Shown one piece after another: positions 14,280 to 27,700 of a stretch of 64,000 nucleotides of DNA. The notes beneath the pieces were generated by a model. It was not told the DNA's origin and did not search any database. It saw only the letters and a program-made list of their open reading frames with translations. A program made the position numbers and the translations under genes. Where the stretch lies: positions 81,305 to 145,304 of the forward strand of contig JAQGDQ010000268.1 in NCBI GenBank assembly GCA_030141605.1, read 5' to 3'. Numbering within the stretch: position 1 is the stretch's first letter; each line of letters begins with the position of its first letter. This DNA comes from Tubiluchus corallicola (Eukaryota; Animalia; Priapulida).

Positions 14280-14465
14280 ACAATCTACTCTTTAAAATAT
14301 TAAAAGGAAACATACTGTTTTTTTTAAATGACTTACGTGAAAGAATTATGACCACCCAAAGATAATTTCGTGTTCGCGCCCTAGTTCTTTGCTATTACAT
14401 ACATTTCGCCATTCGCTAGTTACACGGGCACTAGCGCCCTGCATTTCGGAAACAGGTGCTGTACC

Positions 14466-14824
14466 TCTCAGTTCAGAAGTGTCAGTTTGTAACGAACTAC
14501 ACGCGTTCAACAGCTCATGCGTGAGAACAGCGGGAAATTTGAAATTTGAATTTTTATCTTAAAACTTGTCTAGTTTTAGTAAAACACACTGAATATCTTA
14601 GTGGCACTGTACTTCAAGTTTCGCTTTCGCAAACACGTGCAACACGCTCGTGGAATATTTTTGATGTTGAAAATTATGCTAGTTTGTGATGTCATCAATA
14701 GTTGGGTTCACCCGTCGTTAATTAAGTTATTAATTTATTATTTAATTATCAGAAACGCTTTTGCAGTATTAATTGTGTTAAAATGTATACTTTTTATCGA
14801 ACCTGAAAATGGGGTAGTATATGA
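14466..14824. repeat. Dispersed repeat (probable DNA transposon fragment), copy 1
   Basis: Colinear similarity to 16707-16965 from TCTCAGTTCAGA to GAAAATGGGGTAGTATATGA. Confidence 0.75.
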
Positions 14825-15622
14825 AAAACCATTCTTCCTTGATGAGTGATTGGTTTTTATTCATCGAAAATATTTTATCTGATTTTAACAATTTAATTGA
14901 ATGTTTTTAACTTTATGTAAAAAGTTTGGATTTTGTAAAAATAAGAGGGAGAGCAAAACTTGGGCGGGTGAATGCCCTGAATTTTATTACTTTTGCATTT
15001 TCGACGCAAACAAATACTGAATTGAGTTTAATTTGTAGCAGTTTTCTAAATGTACGTACTTTTACTTTTATATCGAAAACAAAAACAAGTAATTAAAATA
15101 TGCGCAGAATTATTGATGAATATTACATTTTTGCAATGATGACATTTACAATGACGATCAAACAAGAGTAATTAGTACATGTTTAGTAATAAATTTTACT
15201 AGTCTATTATAGGAGACCTATGTTTTAGTAAAGAGAAAAGAAATTACAATATGACTAGATTACGACATGATTACATTAAATGTATGCGTTAAGTCTAATG
15301 CAAAAAGGCTTTAGATATATCTGTTATACTGTGCCCATGGTCATCCTCGATGTGTAAAGGAGTAGCATAGCGGTTGTCAGCACTATAACTCGAGATATGC
15401 CATACTTATATACACTTGTCTGAAAGACTTATTTAACTAGAAAGGAAAATTCTTAATAATTTATCATATTCGCGCTAACTGGTAAACGGCATTGCATAGC
15501 TGCCCAGTGTGTACCACTGATTCACTAAAAAAGCTTATTATTAATTTTACTGACAATAAAAAGTAATTTAATCTTTTATTCTAGAACTCCGCCACAATGT
15601 CTACAACAAGCGTAAAGGGCAT

Positions 15623-15673
<51 letters not shown>
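15623..15673. repeat. (ATG)n microsatellite
   Basis: Directly visible. Confidence 0.97.
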
Positions 15674-15674
<1 letters not shown>

Positions 15675-16706
15675 CTTTCACTTAGTTAGAGAAGAGTGTG
15701 CTGCGAATATGCTCTGATTAAATGTTCAAACTTTACGCAATGTTATCTAAAGTTGCTTTAAACTACTTACCGTTAAAATGGCTGCACCTAAGGGTTATCG
15801 CCGAAGATTAAATTTAAAAGTTTTGCAAGTGTTGCAGCTAGCGCAAGCCCCTGCATGAAGTGAGACAGCACGTAGGTGATATAAGATCTCAAAACGAACT
15901 TTTTAAGCTTTGTTTTTCAAAATTTACTGCATTTTCTTGTACTTTAAATAAGTTAGGATTTTTAGATCAAACATGTTAATGAAAAGATCTCTTACATTTT
16001 ATATAGATCATGGTTCACTCCCTGATAATATTCTTACTAAAGTTTTTGCTGCATAAACGTCAGATAGAGGGGTTGCAATACCACAGTCGTCTACATACAC
16101 CTTGTGAGTTCTTGTCCTGTTGAACAAGTTAATTATGGCCAAGCAAACAGGCTCGGAGACGAAATATGACAGGTAAATTTTATGTAAATTTCAGTTCATG
16201 ATAATTATTATGCTTAATAGCCTGTATTTTAAATCACGTAACCGCATTAGTCTATTGTTATTATTACGTCAAGATGAAAATTACGCAGAGTTAGAATTAG
16301 AGTCCGATATTACAGTTCTGTTTATAAAAATTAATGTTGACACACATTGCGTTAGAACTAATGAAATTGTATGTGTGAAATTTGTGCAATTTATAAGCAA
16401 GATATTTTAATATGTATTTTAGATTTTTAGTTAGCAATTTTAATCTGTTTAATCGATAATTTTCATGTGTATTGTAAGTAGATGTCATATAAGTGCTATG
16501 CGTACTGTATTAAAAGAAAATCTAAATCTAATCGATTTTGCGTCTAAATTATTCTGTGGCAGAACATGCTACAATCCATTTGTATCGACCAAATAAAACA
16601 TAACAGATCTTCAGACGGTAGACATAACATTTACAAGATGGGTTGCTGCGGTACAGTTAAAGCACAGAGAGATTTTATGGATAATAAAGAGAAAGTTCAG
16701 ATCATA

Positions 16707-16965
16707 TCTCAGTTCAGATGTGTTAGTTTGTGACGAAGTACCCATGTTCGACAGTTCATGCGTGTATTTCAATTTCCGTTTTCGTAAACACGTGCAACAC
16801 GCTTGCTGTTGAAAATTATGTTAGTTTGTGATGTCAACAATAGTTGGGTTCGCCCACCGCTAATTAAGTTTTTAATCTATTATTTAATTATCAGAAGCGC
16901 TTTTGCAGTATTAATTGTGTTAAAATGTATACGTATTAGCGGACTTGAAAATGGGGTAGTATATG
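16707..16965. repeat. Dispersed repeat, copy 2 (internally deleted)
   Basis: Same blocks as 14466-14824 with two deletions. Confidence 0.75.
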
Positions 16966-17121
16966 ACTGTCTTCGCATGCACCATGCATTTCAGATGCGT
17001 ATGCAAATAATGCTTAATTAAGGGTAGCTTCTGCATTTCTTTGTAAGGTCGTAGACAAGGTATTCTGTAAGGAGGCGAAGGAAACCAGAAAAAATGTCAA
17101 AATGAGAAATGGAGAACGAGC

Positions 17122-17304
<183 letters not shown>

Positions 17305-18129
17305 CAAACAAAATTCACCGTCAGTTAGAATTGCATGTTTAAAAATTGTATAATAGTGCATTTCTAATAAGGCTTATATACAAAATTCGACTAACTGTAG
17401 ACAGAAAGAATTTAATTTGTTATCTATTGCAGTATAAGATAAATATGTATCATTATCCTCGTAATAAATAAGTACTCATCAATTATTATTGGACGTACGC
17501 ATATAGGTGCGAACGTAACCTTGCCAAATTTCTACTGTAATTATTGTCTTGCTCAGTTTAACATGTCCATGTCTGTTGCCACAAAGATTATTTGGAAACT
17601 TCTCGAGTTTAGGAGCCTTAACATTCTTTTAGCTTATTTAACAAGGTAGCAGACCGTGCTAACTACTGAAGGGTGACTACGCCAAAAACATGTAATATTC
17701 GTTTTTTCTGGGTCTTGCCTGCACCGTGCACAGAGTTTACTGGAGACTTTTTTGCTGAGTTCAAAATTTCCAAACTAATAGACTCTTCGTGTGTTGCAAG
17801 CAATAAGGTGGGAATTATATGAGTAATTATTGTTTCATAATCGTTATAATGTGCTTTTGTGATTAGTGTTTTTGGCGCTATAGATGCACAGACTACACGA
17901 GCAGTAATATTAAAAAAACAATAACTTTTGTTAATCAATAATTATTTTAATAGCTGGCATCCTCTATGTATGCTCTAAAAGTTTAAGCAACGAATGTATT
18001 ATGTGCAACGCGGTGATATCTATCGACAAAAAAGGAAGCATATTACAAGGTTTTGCACCTTTGAATTCTTTGTTGGTTGTTTAATGAGTTTCTCTATACT
18101 ATGGATAGTGACTGCATGCCATGTGGGTT

Positions 18130-18200
18130 GAGAGTCCAAATAGCTAGACAATGTGACCTGAAACCACAAGGTTGTGAGTTTGAATCCTGGTAAACTAACA
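18130..18200 (+). mobile_element. Degenerate tRNA-derived SINE head
   Basis: GTGACCTG...GAGTTTGAATCC (B-box-like); similar to 58826-58895. Confidence 0.35.
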
Positions 18201-18879
18201 ATTTTTCAGAGCTTTCTCTTTCTAAATTTGACCATTGACAAATAATCCTTTATGAGTTGTATCGTTGTGCGCGCGTCGAATCTACGTAAAACTTTAAAGA
18301 TAATCATGGCAGGTTATTGTCGGATATATAAAACTTGCAAGAATTCTTTACCCTAATTTGTTTCTTAATCAACTCTTAAAGCTGTCTTACCGACGACAAA
18401 GGCTACGAATTCTTTATTCCCGGTACTATTCTAAACAAAAATGTTTTTCCTGAGTGTTCGCTGATCACAAGCAATTGGCCATGTTGCCTAATCAGATTTC
18501 TTGTCTATTAGAAAGCACAGCGAGCAATGTTTACTTTCCGACTAACATTTCAAGAAAAAACCTGAACACTTTAGTTTTAAAATACCAGTAACGAGAAAAA
18601 GTGTTCTCTTGTAAGCGGCCCTAATTGATAGAGTTTTTTAAAGGTGCATCAAAATCCAAGGTTTTTGCCTGCAGCAGTGCAAAGTCTGGTCGAGACGAGA
18701 TAATAGTGAAATATGACAAAATCTACGAGTTGGGCAACCACTCTTACGTCCTTCACAGGTTAGAGTGCTCAGTGGTAAGAAGGATTTATGGGATACACTG
18801 TGACCTCTATTTTTAAGGGTCAAATCCCATTATTATTTCGGAGTTTGACAGCTAGATAGGTGACTGAATGGTGCACAGT

Positions 18880-20097
18880 AAAACTGGTCCAGTAGGTTTG
18901 GTACAGGCAAATTTGGTCCTGCTAATTTTGGTACGAGGGAATCTTAGTACCGGGAAAATTTGCTACTAGGAATTCTTGATACAGGAAAATTTTAGCTCTG
19001 GGAAAATTTGGTACAAGGAAAATATGGTGGTGTTAAATACAGCACTGGCGAAGTTTTGTCAAACATTTTTGGTACAAGTAAATCTAGTACATGGTAAATA
19101 ACAAGTATGGTGCTATGAAAGTTTAGTATGGAAAATTTTGGTACTAGGAAAATTTGATACAGAGAAAGTTTGGCACAAGAAATGTTCGGTCCTACAAAAA
19201 TATCTTTTATATGACCTACTCGAAAAATTATAGAGGTTCATATTGTTGCATTTGTTTTTATTTGTTTTCTTGCTCGTTGTTTGTCATTGTTGTTGTTGTT
19301 GTTGTTGTCATTGTCGCTGCATTGCCACAGTTGTTGATGTTTTTTTGCTATTGTTTTTTGTCATTGTCATTGTTTATGCCGTAATCGTTGTTGTCTCCGG
19401 CTGTTGCTGCTTATGCTGCCGCTGTTGCTGTTGTACTTGTTGTATGTTTGTTTCTTGTTTGCGATTTTAAATCGTCCTCAACTTCGTCATCGTCATAATC
19501 ATTGTTGTTGTCGTTGTCACATTTGTTGTTTTGCTGTTGCCATTATTGTTGTTTTGTTACTGTTGTTGTCGTCGTTGTTGCTGCTGATGTTGTTGTTACT
19601 ATTACTTCTGTTGCCCTTGTTGTTCTTGTATCTCTTTATTGCATGTTGTTTTTGTTATCATCACCATCGTCATCGTCGTTATTGTCATCATTGCTGTCAT
19701 CATTGTTACATTTGTCCTTTCGTTGCTGTGTTTGTTGTTTTTACTGTTGTTCCAATTATTTTGTAATGAGATACAGAAATTGTCTCTTTTCTGTTTAGTA
19801 CAAAATTTCCAATACTAAACTTTCTTAGTACAAATTCTTCCCAGTACCATATTTTCTTATACCAAAACTTCTTTGTACCACAGTTTCTTAGTACTAAACA
19901 TTCCTTGCACCATATTTTCCTTCTACCAAACATTCCCTATAATACATTTTTCCTAGTGAAAAAATTTCCTTGTAGCATAAGATCATAGTACTAAAAATTC
20001 CTTGTACCAAATTTTGCCAGTGCCAAACTTTCTTCGTATCAAATTTACCTGTACCAAACTTGCGCGTACCGAACTTACTTGTACCAATCCTTCCTAC
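18880..20097. mobile_element. Foldback-like element: long modular inverted arms around a trinucleotide-repeat core
   Basis: Left arm ~18880-19200 consists of 15-20 bp units like AAATTTGGTAC; right arm ~19795-20097 consists of the reverse complement GTACCAAATTT; centre 19240-19760 is (TGT/TGC/TCA)n. Confidence 0.7.
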
Positions 20098-23000
20098 AGA
20101 CTACATTCCTCCGAATTGATTCGATTTGTGTAAACTTTAGAAATCTGTGAAATTAAAATTGGAGAATTTGAAAAATACACAAGCCAGTGCTCCAATACTG
20201 ACAGTGCAGTCGAGCATAATTAAGACTCCATTGGGGAGGTGAAAAATCGCGCCCATTAGTCCGTAGAAACTTCATGCAAAATTTCACGTACGATGAAAAT
20301 TGTAGCCTTTGATAACTTTCAAAAATAAATGTGACCTCAAACAAGCTAGGGACCCCGTAAGTACCTAAAAGCTATGAACTTGTGGTTCATTATGCATCAA
20401 ACTCTTGTGTCATGTTTGGTTACATTTTGATTTCTTTCTCCTGTTTTAAAAATACATCCCAATTGTGTACGGACTCGACACTCAAATTTTATGCTTGCAT
20501 GATTCATTTTATTCATTTTGAAGTTGTTTTAGTATTTGAACGCTTCACATAACATTTAGGGTAAAAACCTCAATCGGGCTAAATTTAAAACAACGTTATA
20601 CACAAAGATATGTATTTTGACATGCTCCTTATGACTTTGAAAGGCATGTAAGTTTTTGTTGGCTAACATTACTCGAAGAAGAAAAACTGTTGAAAGGTTT
20701 TCCGAATATTGAAGAACTTTAAAACATGTCAGCACCAGCCCACAGTGGCTGTCAGTAGAGCATAAATTTTCAAATACTAATATTTTCAAGGTTCAATACT
20801 AATATTATAATATTTTCAAGGTTCTCAAGAAAGTTCCCTTTGAAGAGTTGGCTCACGTTCATTTACCTATTGTTTGCTTACGCATAGTGCTATTGCTGTA
20901 TCAAACAGCAGTTATAGTGTAGGCTATAAATTTCTTCTTGGGGAAGGCGTGATTTGTAAATTGTGTAACGTAAAAATGTCACATTCTGTTCGCAATTAAA
21001 CGGAAAACAGTGGTGAGGAAGAATGAGGACTCCAGAAATGGAATTCATTTCATCTGATCGATCACGTTTTGACCTCCCATGATGCCATTAAACGGTCACT
21101 TTCAAGTTTTCAAAACACACACGCTTACAAGATTTGCGCACGTACGCCTCGGCAAACAGCTCATCAACATATAGTACAAGCGTTTGAAACTTTAGATCGA
21201 TGCATGCGCGTACAGCGAGAAATCAAATACATTTAATACAACATCTGAAGCCCAGAAATACAGTAATACTTGTGCAGAAAGTGTTGTTAAATATAGCATT
21301 CAAAGAATTCGTTAATTTGGATAATCGTGAAACAAAATCTATGTGGCGAACAACTGTAATCTGCTTTGCAGCTCATTAAAACATGGCGGTTCAATACGGC
21401 TTACTGTTGGAAGATAACTATGACGCAACCCTTCAAGGACAGGCTTTGTGAGACCCACGTTATGTGTGAAATATTGTTCGATCGTGCTTTAAGGAGACCA
21501 CTTAGTGTTAAAACGGATCTAATGACCAAGTTTGAATCTTAATTGAGAATTTAGACGGTGAAATATTACCAAAGAAGAAACCTTTCTTTGAGTAGCTGCA
21601 ACGCTAATAAGTGTTTAATAACTTGTGTATCTGTTGAACGGTACAATAGATTTGATTTTCGGTATTATAAATCATAATCATCATTAGAAGTTTCTTGTTT
21701 AATTTTCTATCACAGCACTGTAGACGTTCATCGCTGCTTTTGTATAAACTGCGAATAGGAAGTGTGTGTATTATATGTGAAAGAGGAATTCAGTTGAGCA
21801 ACATTCCTTAACGTCTTCATCTGGCCTTGGTCGAACCGTTAGATGGCGATTAATTGATCATGAAATCTGTTCTTGTTAGTGTCGACAATAATTTCGTATT
21901 TTATGCGTCAAGTTGACGTATGATAACACAAAATTATGTAGTAAATGCTAGGTAATTTATTGTGCACATTGGTCCAATAATAGCTAAAGGCCCAGGAAAA
22001 TGGCCATGACTGATACCGGCTTTACCACCAATATTTCTCCAGCTTCTAGGTAAGGTGATACGTGTGATGGTTGTATTAATATTAATTAGTGTATTAATTA
22101 GTATTAACGTTTATGTTGGCTTTACAGTGTTGCATGTATGTTGTTGTAATTCAATATTCATTTTTGTAACTCGTTGTATTATTAGTGTATTAGTATATTA
22201 ATATTAACACTGCCTTTTCTTTTTTGTACGTGTGTTTTTATGATTCATACCTCATTCTTATACCTCATTACAATGGTAACGTCGGCACTCCAAACACAAT
22301 GTAATTATGGTGTTATAGTTATAGTATAATATCACACTTGATATAGTAACTCTTAAAACAAGAAGGGCTGCACAGTTTCTTACTGCCCTTAGAAGCCGTT
22401 TTGGTAAAAATGATTACTATTAAATTTTAATACATCGATAAGATCATGTAAAACTCTGTACAGAGCAGAAGCCAAGACTTATTATCCTTTATCTAAGGAA
22501 ATTGTTATTAAACATACAGCAGAAACCCGGCCCCATTAATCCATCTTATCCATTCAAATATGTTTCACATGCTTCTTAAACCACGGAGATCAAGCCCATG
22601 GATAGTACTAGCACGAAGTTGATAACAGTAACTGTAATGTATACGCTCAAACCAAAGTTGCGTTCCCATATCTATGTTAGTTTATTCTGCAAAAATTCAA
22701 ATTTTCTGTAGTCTACAATTACTACATCTACAAATCTACTGAAATAAAAGTGCTAGAAAATAAGTGCTACAGATTACTACGTTACACTAAAAAGCTAAAA
22801 ATGCATACATACATTGTTGGTCCAATATTGAGTCGAGAAAAAGCCAGAATGTCAGTAAAAGGTAGCAGTATAATTATAAGTCAAATTTTTAAATGTAACA
22901 AAGACGTGTGTACATGACAAGTTCCACCTATACAATGTCAAAGTAGAAAGAATAGTCTAGAAGTTGAGCTACAGTCTAATATATTGTGGCTTCTAATGCA

Positions 23001-23569
23001 TATACTACCTTGAAAAGAGGTAATGGACCGAAACATTTGTACCTGCAACAGTAACAAAGACAATGTTAATCCATTGTTTAATCATGGAGGTTAATAATGG
23101 TGGGTTTAATCGAGCCATTATGACCCCCAATAGCTATTCTGTTGGCCCATGCAAAACAGTCAACTCAATAGCAATTTACAAGAAATTATAGGCGGGTAAA
23201 GATAACAAGCAACCTGGAACAAATTGCAATAGAATTTTTCTCTTTAGATTCTGTTTGAACATGGTCTTAAGTCGCATAAATCTTTTGGTGCACTTTCCTA
23301 ACAGTTGATAATACATATTTTTCATCTAGTCTTAGGAGATATAACTGATTTTTGACCCCAGTATATAGGTGGGTGAAGGATTGATTTTGGATTGATGCGT
23401 ATATCTCAGTAGTATCAAAGCCAATTTTGGCCGATTTTTAGTTGAGGGTACCCAAGAAAAACTCTAGGTACCCCCTTACTAGGTGCTATCTGTACCCACC
23501 TATTAGTTTTATGTTTTCTTTTATCAATTTAATTTTTAATGCAGATTTTTATTACTTGCGTTACAATCT

Positions 23570-23968
23570 TCCAACTCTCACGTGATAGGCGTATTCACAC
23601 GCACGCACGCACACACACACAAATTCAATTTTCAAGCATTTTGCAATTTCACACACGTGATAATGTTGCAAAATCACTTGGTCCTTCAGCATCATCACTA
23701 TTGAATTGCGAGTTAGGTGTTTGGCAGTTTGTTAAACCGCTTGTCACGTGGCATCAGGAAAAGTTTTGATTGGTTAAGAGGATTTGGCGCGCAAGTGTAC
23801 TTTTTAGCTGTGTTTTTAGTCTGGTTTCGCGCTTTGCAGAATAGAGCATATTTTGCGTTTTCTGCCGTCTGCTTATTTTCATTAAATTTATGATTATATG
23901 CTTACGTTGTTCTTTTCCATTAAAACTTCTGTTGAATAAGAAATTCATAGAGTTCGTGCGTCAAAGCG
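23570..23968 (+). promoter_or_regulatory. Candidate SLC6 promoter and non-coding first exon
   Basis: Three CACGTG E-boxes (23579, 23654, 23745), reverse CCAAT (ATTGG 23769-23773), and a good donor CG|gtaag at 23968/23969 that could splice to the acceptor at 24567. Confidence 0.4.
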
Positions 23969-24580
23969 GTAAGCTAGATAGTTTATGACGCTGTTGATGG
24001 ATTTTTGGCTTCGGTTTGGTTTCCCATAAGAGTAGCATTCGATCATGTATGTCATGGCGTAAATTATACTGAAGCTATTAAAATTAAAAATAAAATTTCT
24101 CCTTTCTGTGCATCTAGCTCTCGTCTAGTGAAGTTTAGTGCAGATAAGTAATTTGGGCTACATTCCTTGTCGATTATTTGTTTGTGTTACCTGATGCAAA
24201 CATCAACTGGCGTACAGGCAACGCATCCGAGTTCAGGTGTCATAATGTCGTTTCACATGGAGTCGGTGTTTATATCCGTAGCTGTGAAGGAAGCCATAAA
24301 CATTGCATCGCAACTTCTAAGTGTCTAATGGGTTAAATAACTAACTACAGGCATACTGTATGGGCTGAGAACTGAGTAGCAGGATCAGTCATGGCTAACC
24401 CCTTGTGGATTATTTTGAGTTCTGGTAACTCACTTAAAAAATCACCATAAATGCTTATGAAAAATTATAAGGGATGATAAAATTAGCATAAACAGTTAAT
24501 GTATGCAACTATGCATAGCAGTTGTCATTTGACCAAGATTTATAGTTTATACGATGTTTTGTTCTAGCGTTCCTACCAGC

Positions 24581-24749
24581 ATGCCGAAGGACGAGGACGG
24601 GAAGCTGGTCGATCCGGTTCGTTACGAACAAACGCCAGAGAGAGAAAATTGGGCAAGAAAAATTGATTTTTTGCTGGCTTGTATTGGCTTCTCAGTGGGA
24701 CTAGGAAATGTGTGGCGGTTTCCTTACCTGTGCTACAAAAATGGTGGCG
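24581..24749 (+). CDS. SLC6 coding exon 1 (N-terminus, TM1)
   Basis: MPKDEDG...[36 protein letters not shown], donor G|gtaag; acceptor ttctag at 24562-24567 just upstream of the ATG. Confidence 0.93.
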
Positions 24750-27700
24750 GTAAGATAGTGTTAATAATTATAATAAATGCATGTTATACAGGAAGTTCCG
24801 GAAGTCATACAGCGGACTCCGGAAATTTAAAAGCCAAAACCTAGAATCTTGCAAACAATGTGTACTGTAATTGTATGTATAAGATGTCGCTCCGGCAATA
24901 CAAATACTGTCGGCAGTTACTATAAAAATTATATATTTCGAGTTTCAAGCGAACCTTCCACTCGTGTCAGCTTCTTATTTTTTTGCGTCATAGCAACTGT
25001 TCCAATTATTGTTCTTCCAAACATTTTAATCTTAAACAATTACAGCAGACTGGCCTGAACAGTGCGAAGCCACACTATCGCCATGTGAAGTCACAATGCG
25101 GTTACTGAAATAAGTCTCTTAGGAGATTTCTGGTCCTTGCTGTAGGTTACACATTTCATCTTACACCATAATTGGAAAACCATAACTTCGTAATTCTCAA
25201 TTTCGTGCACAGTCCTTTGAGTCTGTTAGCAAGTTATCATTTATTGACATACACTGCCTAGATTTGCCTAACATCAGCTTTGCCCAGTGGGTGGCCGGCA
25301 CTGTCCAGTGGTTTAATCATGTTAATCATGGTCCAGTGACGTACATTGTCCAGTAGGTGACCAGTGTTGCCCAGCGGGTGATCAGTATAGGCTTCAGTTG
25401 ACTGACTTACTGCTTTTAGCTGTAAAAGCGGTAAACTTGTGTTATATACACAAACATCTTACTACCAGTCATGCTACCATTAACATTGGAATTGATATGG
25501 CTGCTGATAAGCGAGCAAAAACAAGACCAGCTTGTGTTAAACATGCTGTTAACTACAGCACGTATGACTTAATGCATTGTATCTAGCTTATGAGAATAAA
25601 TTTGGGCTTTATGATAATTGGGTGAATGAATAACAATAATGAAACTCTTTGAAATCTAGCATTCGGTGTAGTTATGTGTGGTAGGTAAGGTATGTATTCT
25701 ATTATCAAGACTAATTTGTTGAGACATTTATTGGCAGAGGTGTCTTAGACATTATAACTTTTGAACAGCTGGAATAATAAAACTCTGCCCATTGTGAGTA
25801 TTAAACCCACCAGCCATCCTATCTATTCACATATCGCAGGTTAGGCGATGCTTAACTTTGATCGAAATCACACACAGTATACGCTTTGCTAGTTAACAGA
25901 GGCTGCATTTATAAAGAAGCATTTTTAAACAGGGAGGGAGATTATGTACAGTAGCGATTGTCCTGGGTTGTGTGGCCGAGTGGTAAAGATTTCACGCTGC
26001 AACGAAGCAGTCTTGAATTCGATTCTAGCGGCTACCAACGCCAGGGCACATGTTGTTTGTGTGTGTTGTGTCCTTACCTGTATTGTTGTCCCTAAAGTCG
26101 CCTAAATAGCCATTAGTATTAATGTTGTCTGTTAAATGAACGACGGTAAATAAATCTTGTCTTTGTTTTTTTAGCGATAGCAAACGTAGGTCTAATTATT
26201 GATATTTTACGTTAAAATTGATGCAATGCTCTTTTTTAGTTTAGTGTGTTTTCAAAAAGTGCACTAAGAAATAAATTATCATCAAAAATCTAATCAGGCC
26301 AAGAAATTAACTAACTGCCACGAAATCATTAAAATTTTGAAAATTTCTCTTTAATCCAACCATATGGCAAAGACACTTGAGCCGTTAGCCTATAGCCTGT
26401 GCACTTAATTAAATAACTTTTAAAAGCCAGGCGAAAAACGACATCTGCTACTTATAAGTAAACAAACAAAATAACAAAACCAAATAAATACCACCATCCT
26501 ATTCGTCCTCACCAAGAAATCAACCACACAAAAAAATGCATTAATAACCCTATTTCACATCTTCTAAGAAAATATGTAACATTGGTGTAGGTAGTACCGT
26601 AGTAGGAGTAGATTATTATTGTACATAATATTATTTGCTATCTTTGTTAGTACTGAACTTGTAAAAGCTACAGCATTATAGCTCCCAGGCTCCCTTCTCA
26701 AGTGAAGTTTGTTTATTTAAACAATGTAAACACAAGTGTAGAGAGTTGAAACTGGTTGATCGCAGGAGGAAAACATGTCTGGTTGTTTAATTTGTTTCTG
26801 GTCTAGGTTTCATTGAGTTTTCACTTAACTTAGCTGTGATGGGGGGTTTCAGGTTGCATGTTATGAAAAATTGGTTGTTTATTAATAAGAAAAAGAAAAA
26901 CATGGCATTTCAGCCTTTCACTTTGTACATTTTTAATACAATTACATTTAATACATTTTTTTATTTTTTAAAATTAAGACATTGACTAGTACACCACAGA
27001 AATACCACACACAAAAATAAAACACAAAATCACAACCCAGTCACTAATAAAACTTAGAGGTTTAGAGAGTAAATAAAATCGACAAGAGAATGAAGCCCAA
27101 CACAAAAAGCACGACTCATTTACACACAGTAGCAAAATCTCAAAATGTCACAATTGCACTGTAATAGAAATGTAATTTTTGACAGAAAGCCCTAGTGATA
27201 TATGTACAGCCTCTATATAGTAAAATGTAGGCAAACAGTGTTGAGGTAGATTGGTAGTTAACCCGAAAAGATAAAGAAACAAAACTACTTGTGGCATGCT
27301 ACGTTTAGAACAGCTGTGCATGTGTATCATAATATTACATTTTGCATTAGTTTTCTTTGGTCATGTGTATAAGATCCTATACACAGAACCATTTGGTGCT
27401 GCACGCGTGTTGCTGAAATATTTGGTTTCCAAGTTGAAATGTATTTCATGTATTCAAAATACAAGGAATTTGTTTCATTTTAGGTGCATTTTTGGTGCCG
27501 TATTTCTTGTTTGTCGTAGTAGGAGGTGTTCCAATGTTTTATTTGGAGGTAGCGCTTGGTCAATTCATGTCGCAAGGAGGCATAAAAGCTTGGAATTTAT
27601 GTCCAATATTTAAAGGTATGTTACCAAATTAAACTTCACCACCAAATTAGAGGATGGTCCCATAGTATAATCATAATAAAAAAGTCCAAAATTGCACTTA

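Noticed and set aside
19154-19798. Cys/His-rich, metallothionein-looking ORFs
   Set aside because: Degenerate trinucleotide repeat read in three frames inside the foldback element
18880-20097. Regularly spaced repeats suggestive of a CRISPR array
   Set aside because: Units are degenerate, abut without unique spacers, are inverted between arms, and the context is eukaryotic with no cas genes
25173-25183. TonE/NFAT5-like TGGAAAACCAT in SLC6 intron 1
   Set aside because: The degenerate consensus also matches unrelated sites (for example 1296 and 19129); expected by chance in AT-rich DNA
25965-26035. Possible tRNA gene (also 18130, 29890, 58826)
   Set aside because: No clean cloverleaf; the 25961 copy has a SINE body, tail and TSD
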